A stretch of 64,000 nt of DNA. Source: Chrysomallon squamiferum. Its lineage: Eukaryota > Animalia > Mollusca. Below the pieces are notes generated by a model. The model ran no database searches, was not told the origin of the DNA, and saw only the letters and a list, made by a program, of their open reading frames with translations. Positions 14,671 to 29,439 of this stretch are shown in pieces (position 1 is the stretch's first letter; the number at the start of each line of letters is the position of its first letter). The position numbers and the translations under genes were made by a program. The stretch lies in contig CM022677.1 in the NCBI GenBank assembly GCA_012295275.1, positions 14,756,001-14,820,000 of the forward strand, read 5' to 3'.

Positions 14671-14884
14671 CATTTTTTTTCTTTTAAAAAACAAAAACAA
14701 AAAAAGAAGCCCTGAGAAGGATTATAGTATATTATAATGTTTTCATTGATCAGTAACATATTTTGTTTTATCTTTCCTCCTTTATCATTTTTATTCCATT
14801 TTTTAAAATTTACTTTAATGTATTTTATTTGTTTTTAACTGGCATAAAATAAAAATAAATTAAAAAGAACAACATTTTTTTCTT

Positions 14885-15272
14885 TATGTTATTTAAATCA
14901 GTGGAAAGTGAAGGGTTTGCTGGGGTAATCAGTGTAAATATATTTAAAATTATGTAATTCAGAATAATTAGAATTTTTATATAATTGTTTTAAAAACACA
15001 AACAAATTTGAAATACCAAAATCCAAACCAGAAAAATAATATTTTATTTTATCTTCTTTTTCTTTACATTATTTAAATCAGGGGAAATCCAGGGTTTGTT
15101 GGGGGTTATAATTGTGAAAATATATTTAAAATTATGTAATTAGGGGTAATTAGAATTATTATATATATTCTTTTACCCTTTTTTTAATATTATTTAGATC
15201 AAGGGAAATCAAGAATTTGTTGTAAATGTAATTGAAGATTATGTAATTAGGAGTAATTGGAATTTTTATAAA

Positions 15273-15306
<34 letters not shown>

Positions 15307-15425
15307 AAAAAAAAAAAAAAACAAACAAAAATCATCTTTCCTTTTTATATAATTTAAATCGGGGAGAAAATAAATTGTTTCTTGGAGGTAATCATTGTGT
15401 GAATATATTTAAAATGTTGTAATTA
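14885..15425. repeat. Four diverged tandem copies of an AT-rich ~120-180 bp unit
   Basis: TTATTTAAATCAG(T/G)GGAAA...AAAATTATGTAATT recurs near 14889, 15069, 15190, 15352. Confidence 0.7.
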
Positions 15426-15429
15426 GCAT

Positions 15430-16057
15430 AAGAAGTGTCTATAAATTTTTTCGTTAAAGAGCAAATTAATCACAGAACCTGTAATATTAATTATCACATA
15501 ATATCTGGTAAAATGAAATAATCCATTTAATTAGAGTAATTTGGAGAGTGACAGAGACAGTAAGAAAGCCAGAGGGAAATATTTATATGTCATAACTTAT
15601 ACTTAAGTACATACACTTCTGCTATGCTCTGTTGGTCTGTCTGTCTGTCTGTATATAGAAAGAGCTTTCAAAGCAATAACACTGTATTCAAAATTATAAA
15701 AAGCAGCAATACCCTATGTATCCATCTGTTCATCCATGTTCAGTAACTATGTCTATGTACGTATATCTATTTATATATCATAATCTATCTATCTGTCTAT
15801 GTATCTAACCAATTAAATGTTATTATATTAATGTACTAATTAGCCATTCCCTTTGGAAATGTTGCCACCCCTACACCACGGTGAGGTTTAGTACACGTAG
15901 GGGATGTTAGTAATGGTTAGTATTTGTTAAATGTTAGTATTTGTTAAAGTAGTTGTTAATGGTTAGTATTTGTTAAATGTTAGTATTTGGTTAATGGTTA
16001 GTCTCTTTCACTCTGTCTCTCTCTATCTGTTTCTGTCTCTGTTTTTCTGTATCTTCC

Positions 16058-16116
<59 letters not shown>

Positions 16117-17230
16117 AAATAACGTTTAATGAACTACATAAATAGATACATAGATACATAGGTTCATAATAATGATTATTTGTATTTATGTTAGAGGATT
16201 GGTATATAACTGAATGTGTGAATAAGAGTATCTTTATATGTGTGTTAGATAGATTATAGATAAATGGCTAGACTGAGAGAAACTGATATGTAGGTGTGGT
16301 TATATGTGTTTGTGTGTTACAGAGAGAGAACAAGTATTGACCTCTGTATGAAACAGAGAAGTGTGCCCTGTGTGTATGATTTTTCAGAGAATGAGAGCTA
16401 ATTATATAAATAAATAAATAAATAAAGATAGATAGAGATAATAAAATTATTCACATAGTAGAATAAGAAAGAAATAGTTTAAGAAATAAAAACGAATAAT
16501 TGTGCAGAGATTGTGGAAAAATCACATTCTTTTATATATTTCCTGTCACCATGACCTGTGACCTGTGCCAAGTAAAAGTTATATTGATTAGACTTACCTC
16601 TCTTTAGTAATATGTGTTCACAAACATAGATTAGAGTTATGTCCCTTACGTGAGATGTACTCACTAATCTAACAAAATTATATGAGATGTACTCACTAAG
16701 CAAAGTAAGAATTATATCGATTAGTTATGTCACTAAAGGGAGATAACTAATCGATATAATTCTTACTTTGCTTAGTGAGTACATCTCATATAATTTTGTT
16801 ATCTCCCTTTAGTGATATCTCTTCACAAACATAGATTAGTTATGTCCCTTAGATGAGATCTACTCACTAAGCAAAGTAAAAATGATATCGATTAGTTATC
16901 TCCCTTTAGGGACATGTGTTCACAAATATATATTAGAGTTATCTCCCCTACGTGAGATGTACTCACTAAGCATACGTACGCTGATTATTAGGCGACTGAG
17001 ATGATAGAACAATTATTATTAGTCGCCCCCAAAAAATATTATTTGGGTGATCTGTTTTTTCTATAATAATAAGATAATAATTTTATAATAATTTTATCGC
17101 AAAAATTTAATCCCATAATAGTTCCCATGGTTCCATAATATCGGCTACGTTATTTGCCAACATCTATTTATAAACTCTACGGTAAAGAATTATCGGTTCG
17201 TTAATGGAACAAGTTATCACAGGAGATAGT
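15430..17230. repeat. Third, partial copy of the composite repeat found at ~39800-42450 (inverted) and ~52150-53400 (direct)
   Basis: 15430-16110 matches 52150-52770 including the CT tract; 16600-16980 is the AGAGTTATCTCCC satellite; 17135-17230 matches the reverse complement of 39808-39855 and 40050-40085. Confidence 0.85.
16600..16980. repeat. Tandem ~100-bp units with AGAGTTAT(C/G)TCCC / GTACTCACTAAG motifs (same family at 40750-41290 and 43195-43590)
   Basis: Shared motifs CTTACGTGAGATGTACTCACTAAGCAAAGTAA and TTATCTCCCTTTAGTGATATGTGTTCACAAACATAG. Confidence 0.9.
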
Positions 17231-17519
17231 TTGTAACTAATTGTTTGATTTATAAATGGAATTTAGTAAACTGTTGTAGTGTTTTGTTATTTAAATAATA
17301 AATCGTTGTTGTTCACGTGTTTGTTTAGGTGTGAGTTTATCAGTGTGTCAAGGGTTTTACAAGTATGATATTAGTGTAACTGGTCTCTATTTGATTGGTA
17401 GTGAAATATTATTCCTGATGTTTTTCACTATTTGTATTTTTCAAGTGTGGACTGATTTTAATTTTAGGTTGTTTCTTTTTAATTTTTTTATATTGTCTTC
17501 TGTATTTATTTATTTCCAA

Positions 17520-18250
17520 TAAGCTCAGTCCACCACTCAGTGGATATTTTGTTAGTGCAGTTTTTGGTTTTAGGTTTGTGTTCAGTGACAGCTGAGTCTA
17601 TCATGTTGGTAAGTGAAGTGCAGTATGTGTCAGTGTTGATTTTTATTTTAATATTTTTCCATGCTTTGTAGAATCCTTCTCAGTCTGCTTTGGTGAAATT
17701 TCAATTGGGTGTAAATATTGAGTTGTTGGAGAAGGTTTTCTTGCTATTGTAATTCAATTCATTTAGAACTTCTCATTGACTCAGTGCTGCAGTGTGTTTG
17801 CTGTTAGTGTTAAATCAGTGGTGAACTGGATACACTGGTGAAGGTGAATGTATCATCATTAAGAAAAACAAGAATGGAAAGACCTGTGTTAGGTGTTTAT
17901 CATGTGAGAGATATGTTTTGTGTTAATGGGGGTTCTTTTGTTGAAATTATTTATTTTTGTTTGGCCGTGTTTACAATTTTCTTCATGTAGTTGCTGAAAG
18001 TTTACATGTTTTGTGAGGTATGAGAACTGGCTGGAGTTTCTATGGTGATGGACACTGCAGTAGCTGCATGCTAATGACTTGAGTTATGTCACTGTGTACT
18101 TTTTGTTGTGTGTCTGCAGGTCTGTCAGAGGCCACACTCAGGTAACTGTGACCTCATTTCTGTGTGTTGGTAGATGTAGCTGTCAGTAGTAATTGATGTC
18201 ATGGCAGGTTTGCTGTTAAAGTAAGTGTGGTCCAGTAAGTTGCTTTTTCC
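17520..18250 (-). mobile_element. Highly decayed non-LTR retrotransposon (LINE) fragment
   Basis: Minus-strand fragments CSYCSVHH..S (ORF1 knuckle-like), ILVFLNDDTFT (APE-like), PN*NFTKAD*EGFY (WNFxKADW linker motif) and KISTEWWTE in the expected order. Confidence 0.5.
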
Positions 18251-20482
18251 TCTGTACAATGACATTAACTAGCTTGGCTTTGTTTGTGAATAAATCTCGT
18301 TGCAAAACTTTTTAGTTTTAATTCCTTATTTCTAAACTGGTAATATATTTTGTGATATATTTAAAAAGTCAGATGGGTGTTGTTGATTTTTGTTGTTGTT
18401 TTTTTCACTCATTTGGCTTCGTATTGTTGTTGTTGTTGTGCAGACTGTTTTACTGTTTGCTAAGTCAGAGTCTAGTGTAGGTAATTCCCAGTAAGAAAAT
18501 GTTGATCCCACATTTTTAAAAACATCTTTAAGAGTTTTGTGGTGATCCTGAAATACATTTTCCTTGGGTTGTTACTTTTTATGATCTGTGATGTTTTGTT
18601 GCTTATGGAGATTTATGCTTCTGTTTGGAGATTTTTTTGTTCTGTATTTGTATGCTGTGGTATATATATATATATATACACACACATTTCCCACATGTTA
18701 GGTTCACTCCCTTCATCCTCCATATCCCTACTGTTTTTATTTGTTTGATACCAAACTGTCCAAAGTTTCATTATTTTCTGTTCAGGGTTTTGTCTGTGTC
18801 AGTGTTTATTGGTGATTTATCTTGTTTTTTTATTTATCACCTTTTTGCTTCTTGTCAACGTTTTTTCTTTTTTAAAAATCAAATTTTGCCTTTTTAACCT
18901 GCTGTCTTTTGGAAATACTAACTTTCATTGCTGAATCATCTGAATTAGTGATTTTTATGTTTTCCATGTTGTGTTTTTAGAGGTTGGTTTGTTGTTATTT
19001 TTCCTGGTTCTGAATGTCTAATGTGTGTAGTTGTGTATAACTGGATGTTAAATATTTATACTTCTAATGTGTCTCCATTTACTTTAACACACACACACAC
19101 ACTGATATACATACATATATAAACATATACACACATACACACAAACACACTAATGATAACAAAATAATACATGCATACTTATGTAAATTCAAACATCCCC
19201 CACACAGATATACATGTATATAAAAATACATACATATATAAATACAAACACCCCTCAAAAACACACGCACACACGCGCACACACACACAAACACACACAA
19301 ACACGCACGCACATACACACAAACACACACACACACACAAACACACACACAGACACACACAGACCTTGCTTGCACTTAATAGAAATAATACATACAAGTG
19401 TGAAAATTGTACATAAAAGGATATAACATGAATAATTATCAACTGTACAAAGAGAAATAAGACGTTTTCAGGATACAGTTTTATACTTTATTTATTTGTT
19501 TAGTTATTTAGTTATTCTACTTTGCTATCATGTAACTTGTTTGTTTTTCTGACATTCTAGTGAACTATCCATTTTGTTCTTTTCAGTTTGCTTCAACTCA
19601 CTAAATATTCAACACTGAATAAATTATAGAAACTAATAAACTGTGTTCAGTTATTTTTGTGAAAAGAAAATATGTAATAATAACAATATTAACAGTGGTT
19701 ATGCTAAAGAAATAAAATAATTAGACTTAAACGGACATTTTTATATGTGTAAGCAGTTCCGTGAATATAATTGTATATCTAAATATATTCTGTGTTATAT
19801 ATTAACATTTCAACATATCAGCAGTAAAAACTTCCACAATGATACAATTTTAAGAGATATCATTAAAAAAAAACTGTAAATAATTTAAATCATACACAGT
19901 CATGAATCATAGTTGTATTTGTTACCAAGTAATATCCAGACACATTCCACTTACTGTTCAGAAAGTTTAAACATTTCCTGAATTTATTTGTTTGAGTTAA
20001 TAATAATAATAAAAAAAACAGTTATTAAAAACCAGTACAATTAAAGTAATAGATAACTTTATATGAGCTATTTCAAGATAACTTTATATGAACTATAATG
20101 AGCTATTTCAAGTGCGAGTAAAGTTAACAGATGTAGGTAACATAATAAAAGTAATCTAACATTGTAATCTGTATTGGTCCTTTTCATGTATCTTGTTAAA
20201 ACTTTTAAAGATTTTTGTTACTATTCTGTTTGTGTTTTTTTCCAATTTTATTAAAAACAGGTAGCTGTACAGACAGATTAAAACAATGTAAAATAGTTTT
20301 CAAATTTAAATGAAATAATGACAGAAGAATTTTATTTGTATCATATAAATATGTTTTGTTTGATTACACTGGACTATGTACAAGTGTATTTTAAATATCA
20401 CAACATTCACTGAAATAACTACTTTACAAAATAATAGAATAGTTTTGGTATGTGTGTGATTGTGTGTATGTGTATGAGAGAG

Positions 20483-20578
<96 letters not shown>

Positions 20579-20652
20579 GCAGGTATATACATAGAAGCAT
20601 TACATGGATAGACAGACAGACAGATACATTGATACTCAGACAGCAGAGACAA

Positions 20653-20693
<41 letters not shown>

Positions 20694-21404
20694 AGTAGAC
20701 ACATGTAGATATAGAGATGAACAGACTGATGGATAGATAAACAGACAATGAGATGTGTACAGGATGGTGTGCTGTGTTATGTTGAGACAGAAAGGATGAC
20801 AGAAACATGTACAAATGTATAACTGAGAGATTCTCATGTAGACAAGCAGGTTTATAGAACGATAATTGTAATGGACTTTTGAAACCAGATTTAAAAATGT
20901 ATTTAAAAATAACAGTAAATTTAGGAATAAATGATACTGCATGGATACTCAAATATTTTTAATATTTTGATATACAGAATTCTAAAAAGAAATTACGTTG
21001 AAAGACTGAGTATATTGAAATATCTTTAGTATTCTTGGCTTTTAGAAATTATTTTATTATTAATATGTCATTGATAATCCAAACAAACAGCTTTCTGTCC
21101 ACTGCTCTATCCCTATGTTCATTCAAAATAATAATGTTATCTCCAGAATGTCCTTATTGTGTCTCTCTAATATGAATTTACTTGCCTGCCAGTATGTCTG
21201 TCTCTCTATCTATCTATCTATCTATAAAATACACATATACCAACATAAGCACTCTAACTCACTTACTCATGTACAAAAACCCATCCTCTCTCTCTAACAC
21301 ATGAACTTACTAACACTTTCTTTCTCATACACATATGCCTATCAGCTTAGCTCTCTATATATCTCTGTATCTGTCTGTGTGCCTGTTATCTTATGTCTTC
21401 CTCT

Positions 21405-21895
21405 CTGTCAGTCTATCTCACTAATTATATACTCTTCTCATTATACACATCTCTCTGTATGTCTGGCTCTGTGTCTGTCAGTCTATCTCACTAATTATAT
21501 ACCCTTCTCATTACACACATCTCTCTGTATGTCCTGGCTCTGTGTCTGTCAGTCTGTCTCACTAATTATATACCCTTCTCATTACACACATCTCTCTGTA
21601 TGTCTGGCTCTGTGTCTGTCAGTCTATCTCACTAATTATATAACCTTCTCATTATACACATCTCTCTGTATGTCTGTCTGTGTCTGTCAGTCTGTCTCAC
21701 TAATTATATAACCTTCTCATTATACACATCTCTCTGTATGTCTGGCTCTGTGTCTGTCAGTCTATCTCACTAATTATATACCCTTCTCATTACACACATC
21801 TCTCTGTATGTCTGGCTCTGTGTATGTCAGTCTATCTCACTAATTATATACTCTTCTCATTATGCACATCTCTCTGTATGTCTGGCTCTGTGTTT
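21405..21895. repeat. 70-bp minisatellite, 7 copies
   Basis: CAGTCT(A/G)TCTCACTAATTATATA recurs at 21409, 21479, 21550, 21620, 21688, 21758, 21828. Confidence 0.95.
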
Positions 21896-22412
21896 ATCAA
21901 ACGTCCATCTATCTTTTCATCTATCTCTCTCTCAGAAATACATACACACTCTTGCACACACATTATGCATATATACCCATTTTCTCTCAATAATAAGAAA
22001 ACACATATTCACACACATACATACATACATATCTAACACACTTAGCTAGAGCGTAGGAGGGAGACAGGCAAATACAGATGGTCAAGGAAGGATGAAGTTG
22101 TCTTTGTCCTCCCAGTATTGGTCAATTTTGTTGACAATATTTTATTTTTTAAGAATTATCATTCACTTTAGTGTGAACACTGTCAGTATATATTTTTCAA
22201 ATTATGGGCTTATCTTGATTCACTTACCCTATACACATAATGCACTGCTTCTAAGTTAATTCTCAGTAGTCATGGATTTCATAATGGTGTTTATGGTCAT
22301 TTTATTTTAAAGAGTAATTACTGCTATTTAGAGGTTGTTTAAAAAAAAGTACAAATAAGGAGAGGGAAACAGGGAGTAAAATACTGATTTGTCTTCACAA
22401 ACATCACACAAA

Positions 22413-22527
<115 letters not shown>

Positions 22528-22819
22528 GAAAATACAGATACCTGTGTCAATCTGAACTCTGCAGTGTCTCACAAATGTGCTGGTATTTTTGATTGAAACA
22601 ATCTCTGCACCACTAATCCAGACTGCTTATTTATATAAACAAGTGTTTAGCAGGTTGATAATAACTAGCCTGATATAGACACAAAATACACAAACTGTTG
22701 AATATGTTCTGTAATACACATTCACATACGTGCACTCTTGCAGACAAACATCACAAACATACATATGCTGCCATGGTTTAGAATAGTCATGTATATTCAC
22801 ACACACACCAGCAATAATA

Positions 22820-22864
<45 letters not shown>

Positions 22865-22866
22865 TT

Positions 22867-22956
<90 letters not shown>

Positions 22957-23501
22957 CAGACACTCTATGTATCTGTTCTTTCTGATTAACATACCACCTC
23001 TTTCTATTTCTCTTTAAATTCCTGTCTTTTACAGTCAATTTTTTTATTACTTGCTTACTACTGCTTTACAGCCACAATGTAACTAAGTCTAAAACAAGTT
23101 ATACCCTTTTATATAAATATAAATCTCTCTCACACACACACACACACATACACACACACAGACACACACAAACACACACACACACACACACACAAACAAA
23201 CACACAAACACAGACACAAACACCTACACAAACACACAGACACTGGATGCGTAAAAACATTATAAATGAAAGGATAAATGAATAGAGATATAATAAAATA
23301 TTACAGTAATCACTTTTATTCTCAGATGATCTACACAGACTACAAACTAATCTGTGTTTCAGTGTAAACTGTACAGTTTTCACCTAACACTGCATGTCTC
23401 TCTATACTCTGACAAACTACTAAGTCAAAGTTTACCGTCCTACCTCTAGTTATCAATATAACATTACATCACTCCTCCTTTAATATTCTTAAAAAAGGCT
23501 T

Positions 23502-23536
<35 letters not shown>

Positions 23537-23591
23537 TATAGCAGTAGTAATAATAATGATAATGACCATAATAATAATAATAATAATAACC

Positions 23592-23631
<40 letters not shown>

Positions 23632-24129
23632 CAACAAAAAAGAGAAATAAAGAAGAAAACATTTTAAAAATTATTTTATTCAAGAAATTAATAAGGAAAG
23701 CAGATAGTTCCAACTGAATCAAACCAAATTAAACTAAAACAGTCTCATTGGTCCTGATGAAGATAAACACAAAAAAAAAAAAAAAAAAAAAAAAAACTTC
23801 TAGAGGGTTCTTGTTTTGCAGAATGATCTGGCGACAGACGTCTAGCGGCAAGGTTCAACACGTTGTCAAATAACGCGAGTCCCTTTTCTTTCTTATAAAA
23901 GCCCGGACATTTTTTTGTTAAGGATACGACAGACACGCCCGCTGACCTGTCATCTGTTTTTTTAATTTTTTTGTTTTAATTTCTCTTATATTGGTCTCTA
24001 CTATTTTAAAGCATTATTGTCCTGGGTTGTATTTTTATACGTGTTTCACTGAGCAGGCTGTTGCGCATTGTAGTTTTTTCCTGTATAAAGTTTTGCATCG
24101 AAATGGGAAACTCTTGGCAGCTGAACAGG

Positions 24130-24630
24130 TTCGAGTGATTTATATTGACACAATACGAGGCAGCAGGGATCTGTATTTTAACCAGCATACATTTCGCGTA
24201 AATAAAAATAATGGGTAGAGAACAGACTGGAAATGTGTTGTTAACTCGCAGTGCAGAACCTACGTCGTGTCTGTGGACAACATGTTGCAGACGGCAGAAC
24301 AGATGCAGCAACAACCACGAGGCCGTGACATTTCAGTACATCCAAGAAAACCGCCATGAGTAGGATTTCATTCCGCTCCTAAGACGTCAGATGTACACTG
24401 AGAGATCTGCTCACAACACTGCACGCGCTGTATTCCTCACCACACGACTCAGTCGTTTTTAGTTCCCAGTACACTCAGAGTATTTGGCGTCGTTCGCAAA
24501 AATAGGATTGGCTTCAGAATATATTGAAAACAGTGATGTACAAAAGGTGGCAAGTCGTGCTTCAGTCCTTCCGACGGTCCCGCTGAACAAAGTTGAGGAT
24601 GTTTTGACACAGTTGCCGACAGTCCCCAGA
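24130..24630 (+). mobile_element. Internally deleted Mutator-like (MULE) transposase remnant with FLYWCH zinc finger
   Basis: VIYIDTIRGSRDLYFNQHTFRVNKNNG*RTDWKCVVNSQCRTYV (FLYWCH-like), followed within ~200 nt by KIGLASEYIENSDVQKVASRASVLPTVPLNKVEDV (MULE post-catalytic GLxxxY...LPxVP motif); catalytic core missing. Confidence 0.65.
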
Positions 24631-24639
24631 ATGAAAAGG

Positions 24640-24870
24640 TAACAGAAATCCTGCGACGTAGAATTCACTTTAGCACCATTTATACAAGTTTTTCTCTGTG
24701 TCAAAGATACAATGAAGATATATTAATAACAAATTCAGCGACTTAGAACTTATTTTAGCACCATTTACACAAGTTTTTCTACGTGCCAAAGACACAATGA
24801 AGATATATTAATAACAAATTCCGCGACGTAGAATTCATTTTAGCACCATTTATACAAGTTTTTCTACGTC
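24640..24870. repeat. 85-bp tandem repeat, ~2.7 copies
   Basis: GAC(G/T)TAGAA...TTAGCACCATTTA(T/C)ACAAGTTTTTCT at 24655, 24740, 24825. Confidence 0.9.
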
Positions 24871-26049
24871 CAGGGCCATACGATGACAAATACACAATGA
24901 CAAAAATATTAACGTGGTATTTTATTGAGTTGTCTACAAATTATGTTTTTATGAATACAGTGTGTTTGATATGTAATAACGAACATTTTGTTAAGAATAC
25001 CATTATAGTGATGATTTTTACACGGCATAATGGAAAAAGAGTTTTGTAGTTTACATGATATTTTAGATATTCAGATATTTAGGATTTCTTCGCTAATACA
25101 GTTACGCATATCTAATACTACGCTGTAAATTACAATAAAAGGTGAAGCAGTAATATTAACTGAATATTTTTAAAAATTCAGCTGTTTCCAGACAAACGTC
25201 CTTTGTCTTATTAACATAACCAGATTACAGACGAGAATAAAAGTGAAAAGATGCTGGATTAGGTTGATATAAATAAGAAATTATATTGATAATTAGAGTT
25301 TATGCCGATAACTTTTATTTTATTAGCAACAGTATAGAAAAAGAAATGTAATCAAGAAGGACATTCCATAATTTAATGAAGATTCTGGGATTTTCCTAAA
25401 ATATAAAAAATTAGTATCACTAATTATGAATATATTCTGTGATGTAGATAATAAAATATAACATTAATTTCCCACGTAAACTACATACATTTTGAATTAA
25501 ATTCCGTCTTACAAAAAATTATAGTGTAAATAGCAGTATTCTTAAATAAAAATATGTTACTTTTGCACAGTCCTAAGTTATTCGTATAAAAAGTGTTTGT
25601 GTTATAAAATAAACGGGATATTTCAAGTTGAAAGTACAAACATAAATGTTAAAATAAAAAAGAAGAAAACGTTTTTTTTCATTGATTCTCAAGTTATCAG
25701 AATAGTTTATAGTTGAGTGTGTTAGGCCCTATTAACATGAGCGCAGTGCATACTTCAGTTTTCATTAATAACATAATTTATTCATTAATATTAATATCGA
25801 AGTCGTTTTTGTAGTTGTGATTATACACTGCGGTTCCATAAACAAGAGATTCTCGTGTAATTAACATGACGTGGATATAACGGAATATCACATTAAACTT
25901 TTCGTCTATGTTTAATAATTCAAAAATTTACTGAGTAACAGTACGCTGTATATTTCTCCAAATTCAGGTATTGTCCATGAGTAAATATCATTATTTTAAT
26001 CTACAGTGATTATTTTAATGATCATTTTAGTCTATAATGTAATAAAATG

Positions 26050-27690
26050 TCTTTTGTGCCTGTAAACTGCAATTGAAATGTCCTCTGTTTTGCAGTAAAA
26101 AACAAAAAGATTTTCCTGTTCAAGTAAAGACTAACTCAGTTTTCACCATTCTTTTATCAGAATCATTTTAACAATTTTTTTATTGATAAGTTTTGACCAA
26201 AAAATAACTTTATATTTTATTATGGTGAAAGCTGTTTGCCACGTATAATGGAACTGAACCACAATATTTACAGTTTATTTGCTTCAACCAGACCTGTTTA
26301 TACTAATACATTTAAATTCAGCGAAAGAACCATAATGTTTTACATTTATATATAGCTCTCTAGTTTATTCCTAGTGGAATATTAATTGTCTAATAATGTA
26401 ATTAATTTTTAGGGGAGATAATAGAATATCACTTTCTACAGTTAATTAAGAATTAATCTGTAACAGCGCAGTATATTTACAGAACTTGTGTTGTAATAAA
26501 CAAGACTCATCTCGCGCATCCTCGCCTTTTCACTTTACTTTTAATAATAAAAACGTCTATTAATGTTTCTCTGTATACTAGGCTATTCTAGGCTTAAGAA
26601 AGATGCACTTGCAAATATCAATAACATGGTGAAGTTAATTCATCTTAATCTAGCCTCTCACCTCTCAACTGCAATTCTACTATCTTAATAAAAATAAATA
26701 AAAAAAATTAAAATAAAAAAAGAGAAAATAATATGCATTATTAAACGTTGATTCATTATTCAACTTGTTAGATACGTTATATCTGTTAATGAAAAATTAA
26801 GCTTATTATTTATTTATTTATTTATTATGCAAAATAAAATTATCTTATACATAATATTACCGCTACGCCTCTGTTTACAACATAAAACATGTAACATAAA
26901 TAGTGATGGCGGTACTGAAGTTGCATATTATTTTCATAACGCCGTGTAAAATTACTCCTTCTTAGCTGTTCTTTGAAACATGTTCTGTTAATAAAATATC
27001 ACATTAGTATGGAAGCGTTCTCGATATTCTAATATAAGTCTGGCTGTGCAGACGTGTAGCTGACCGTCTGGATAACACGTGTTTCATTAAAAATGTCGCT
27101 GGCCAGTTTTGTTCTTCCAAAATAAGTGTCGAGACATGATAAAAATCGTATTTTTGAGTATTTACTGAAACACGAAACTTTGACGTACAGTGAAGTTTTC
27201 TAGACATAATTTGTGACGCTGAACAGAATTTACGTTCTATGAACAAATAAGATTTCAGTTTTATATGAATAAAGTGAGGTTCCACCAAAAATAAAATGTT
27301 ATAAATAATCTATGTCTGAAATAATCATTAAGAAACAGTAAGATTTACTTGACAGTAAAGACATTGCTATGTTTTAATAGGATGAATCAATTTCGTCTAG
27401 CTGACTAAAAACATCCTAACATCTCATAAAGCACTAGGCCAGGAGGCCAGGCATGTATTCTATGATGTAACTTAAAATTATAATATTAACTATCACGTTA
27501 TTTTCACTCAGTATGTATTTATAATATAAACGTCGCTGGTTTTATGTATGAACGTGAATTACGTCGCCTTTTTTCGAGCAGAAAACTTCACTTGACTCTG
27601 TGAATTTTAATTTTAATGTCGTTAACTATAGAAAATCAAATTTTGTGATTCAAGTAAACTGTACCTTCTCACGTGTTCAGTATTAACAGT
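26050..27690. repeat. Block duplicated in inverted orientation at 48715-50720
   Basis: e.g. CATCTCGCGCATCCTCGCCTTTTCACTTTACTTTT (~26508) vs AAAAGTAAAGTGAAAAGGCGAGGATGCGCGAGATG (~50330); TACCGCTACGCCTCTGTTTACAAC vs 49936-49960. Confidence 0.9.
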
Positions 27691-28910
27691 CATTTATTTC
27701 TGAATTTACAAATCGATTGCTCAAACATCAATGTTAACAGTGGTGCTGTTACTAAGCACGTAATTTTCACTCAGTTTATTCGTTTAAACTCCACAGCTGC
27801 ACTAAATAAAAACGTAAATTCTGTCAAGCAGTCTGAAATATTTGATATTTAAAAAAAAAAATGCGCTGATCCAAATTAAATATGATATTATACATATAAA
27901 TTAAATGATTAATCGGTAAAATATTGGTTACTGTATTTACCTTAATTTGAAAAGCTCCTCTGTATTTCTCAAAAAAGAAGAAGAAAAAAAGTATATATAT
28001 ATTTTTAGAGAGAGAGAGAGAGAGAGAGATCAATGTGGTTTTCTGTTACTTATTAATGTGATAATTACAAGCATAATATCTAGAACTACAGAGATGCTAT
28101 AAGATCAATATTCTCTTATTTAGAGATTTTAAAAGAAAATGTGTTTTATAGGAAATGGTGATGTTATACAGATAATTAATCTGAAATATAAATTTTCAAT
28201 ATGTCACTGATTAAAATTGCGTAACGCAAATAGATAAAGAAAATAACACGTTATTTTTAATCAGTCATATTTTTATTCGTATACACTTTGCCACGTATTA
28301 GAAAAATATATATATATATGTATATGATAATAATAATAATAATAATAATAATAAACATCCAAAAAATAGAGAAAAGAAACATTAAGCTTAACCAGCAGCG
28401 CAGTTTATACGTCAAAATATATTCATTTCAAAATCGTCCCATTTTCGTGTAATTTTTTTTATTTTATTTTATTTATTTATTTTTTTATACATTTATTCAA
28501 GATCAGTTTTAGATAAGGTAGACTGTGCCGTAAGCAGAAATTCATTAAAGAAATATTTCTCATTTTCTTCTTTCCAGAAAAACAAACATCTTGAGAAAGG
28601 TAATTTATTCTTTTGTCACAAAGGGCGTATGTCATTCCATTAATAGTAAATTTGTGCTAAATAATGTAATCATCTTATAAAATAAAACAAATGTTAGTTT
28701 TGTCAGCTTTCATTTTGTTTCTCAAATATTAATTAAATCTGTAAATTTGTTAAAAATAAGACAATCAATATTTTTCTCTCCCATGTACATGCTATATTAT
28801 TACATTAAAGAAACTGTAACAGCAAACATTAGTAAAATAATTAATTATTAAACATTTTAGACAAACGACTGATGGAACCACAATCAGCAGGTGCTCACTT
28901 AGAAATATGA

Positions 28911-29319
28911 TTTAAAAGACGTTTCGTTTGATGCTGACCAATAAGTTTGCACTACAGACTGATACTTTTTTTTATGTAATATTAGAGATACCCCAGGATC
29001 TCTGATACTCTCCATACACTTCCCATGTGATTTACAGAAAACTAACTAAACATCAGATAGATTCAGAATCATGTCTAGACCATCTTTCCTCTAGATACAA
29101 TAAAAACATTTTAATAGAATAATCATTTAGCAAGTATTGTTCTCTCCTTTTTTAAATTATGTGTTAGAAATGAAATTATTATAATTAAATATCGTCTCTC
29201 TCTTATTATAATAGGTATTAATAAAAAATTCTTTAATCAAAAATATAGATCTATAAAAAAAAAAGTATCAGTCAGAAGTGTAAACTCATTGGTCAGCATC
29301 AAAAGAAACGTCTTTTAAA
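28911..29319. mobile_element. Putative MITE, ~410 bp with ~60-bp imperfect terminal inverted repeats
   Basis: TTTAAAAGACGTTTCGTTTGATGCTGACCAAT... vs ...ATTGGTCAGCATCAAAAGAAACGTCTTTTAAA; no coding capacity. Confidence 0.55.
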
Positions 29320-29439
29320 TGCTAAATCATAAGTTTATTTTCATAAAGACAAGTGAAAATATTTCTAAGATAATGCAATTAAAATTAAAATAAAAGACGT
29401 TTATAAGTTTATAAAGAGCCATTTTCCATTATTTGCTGA

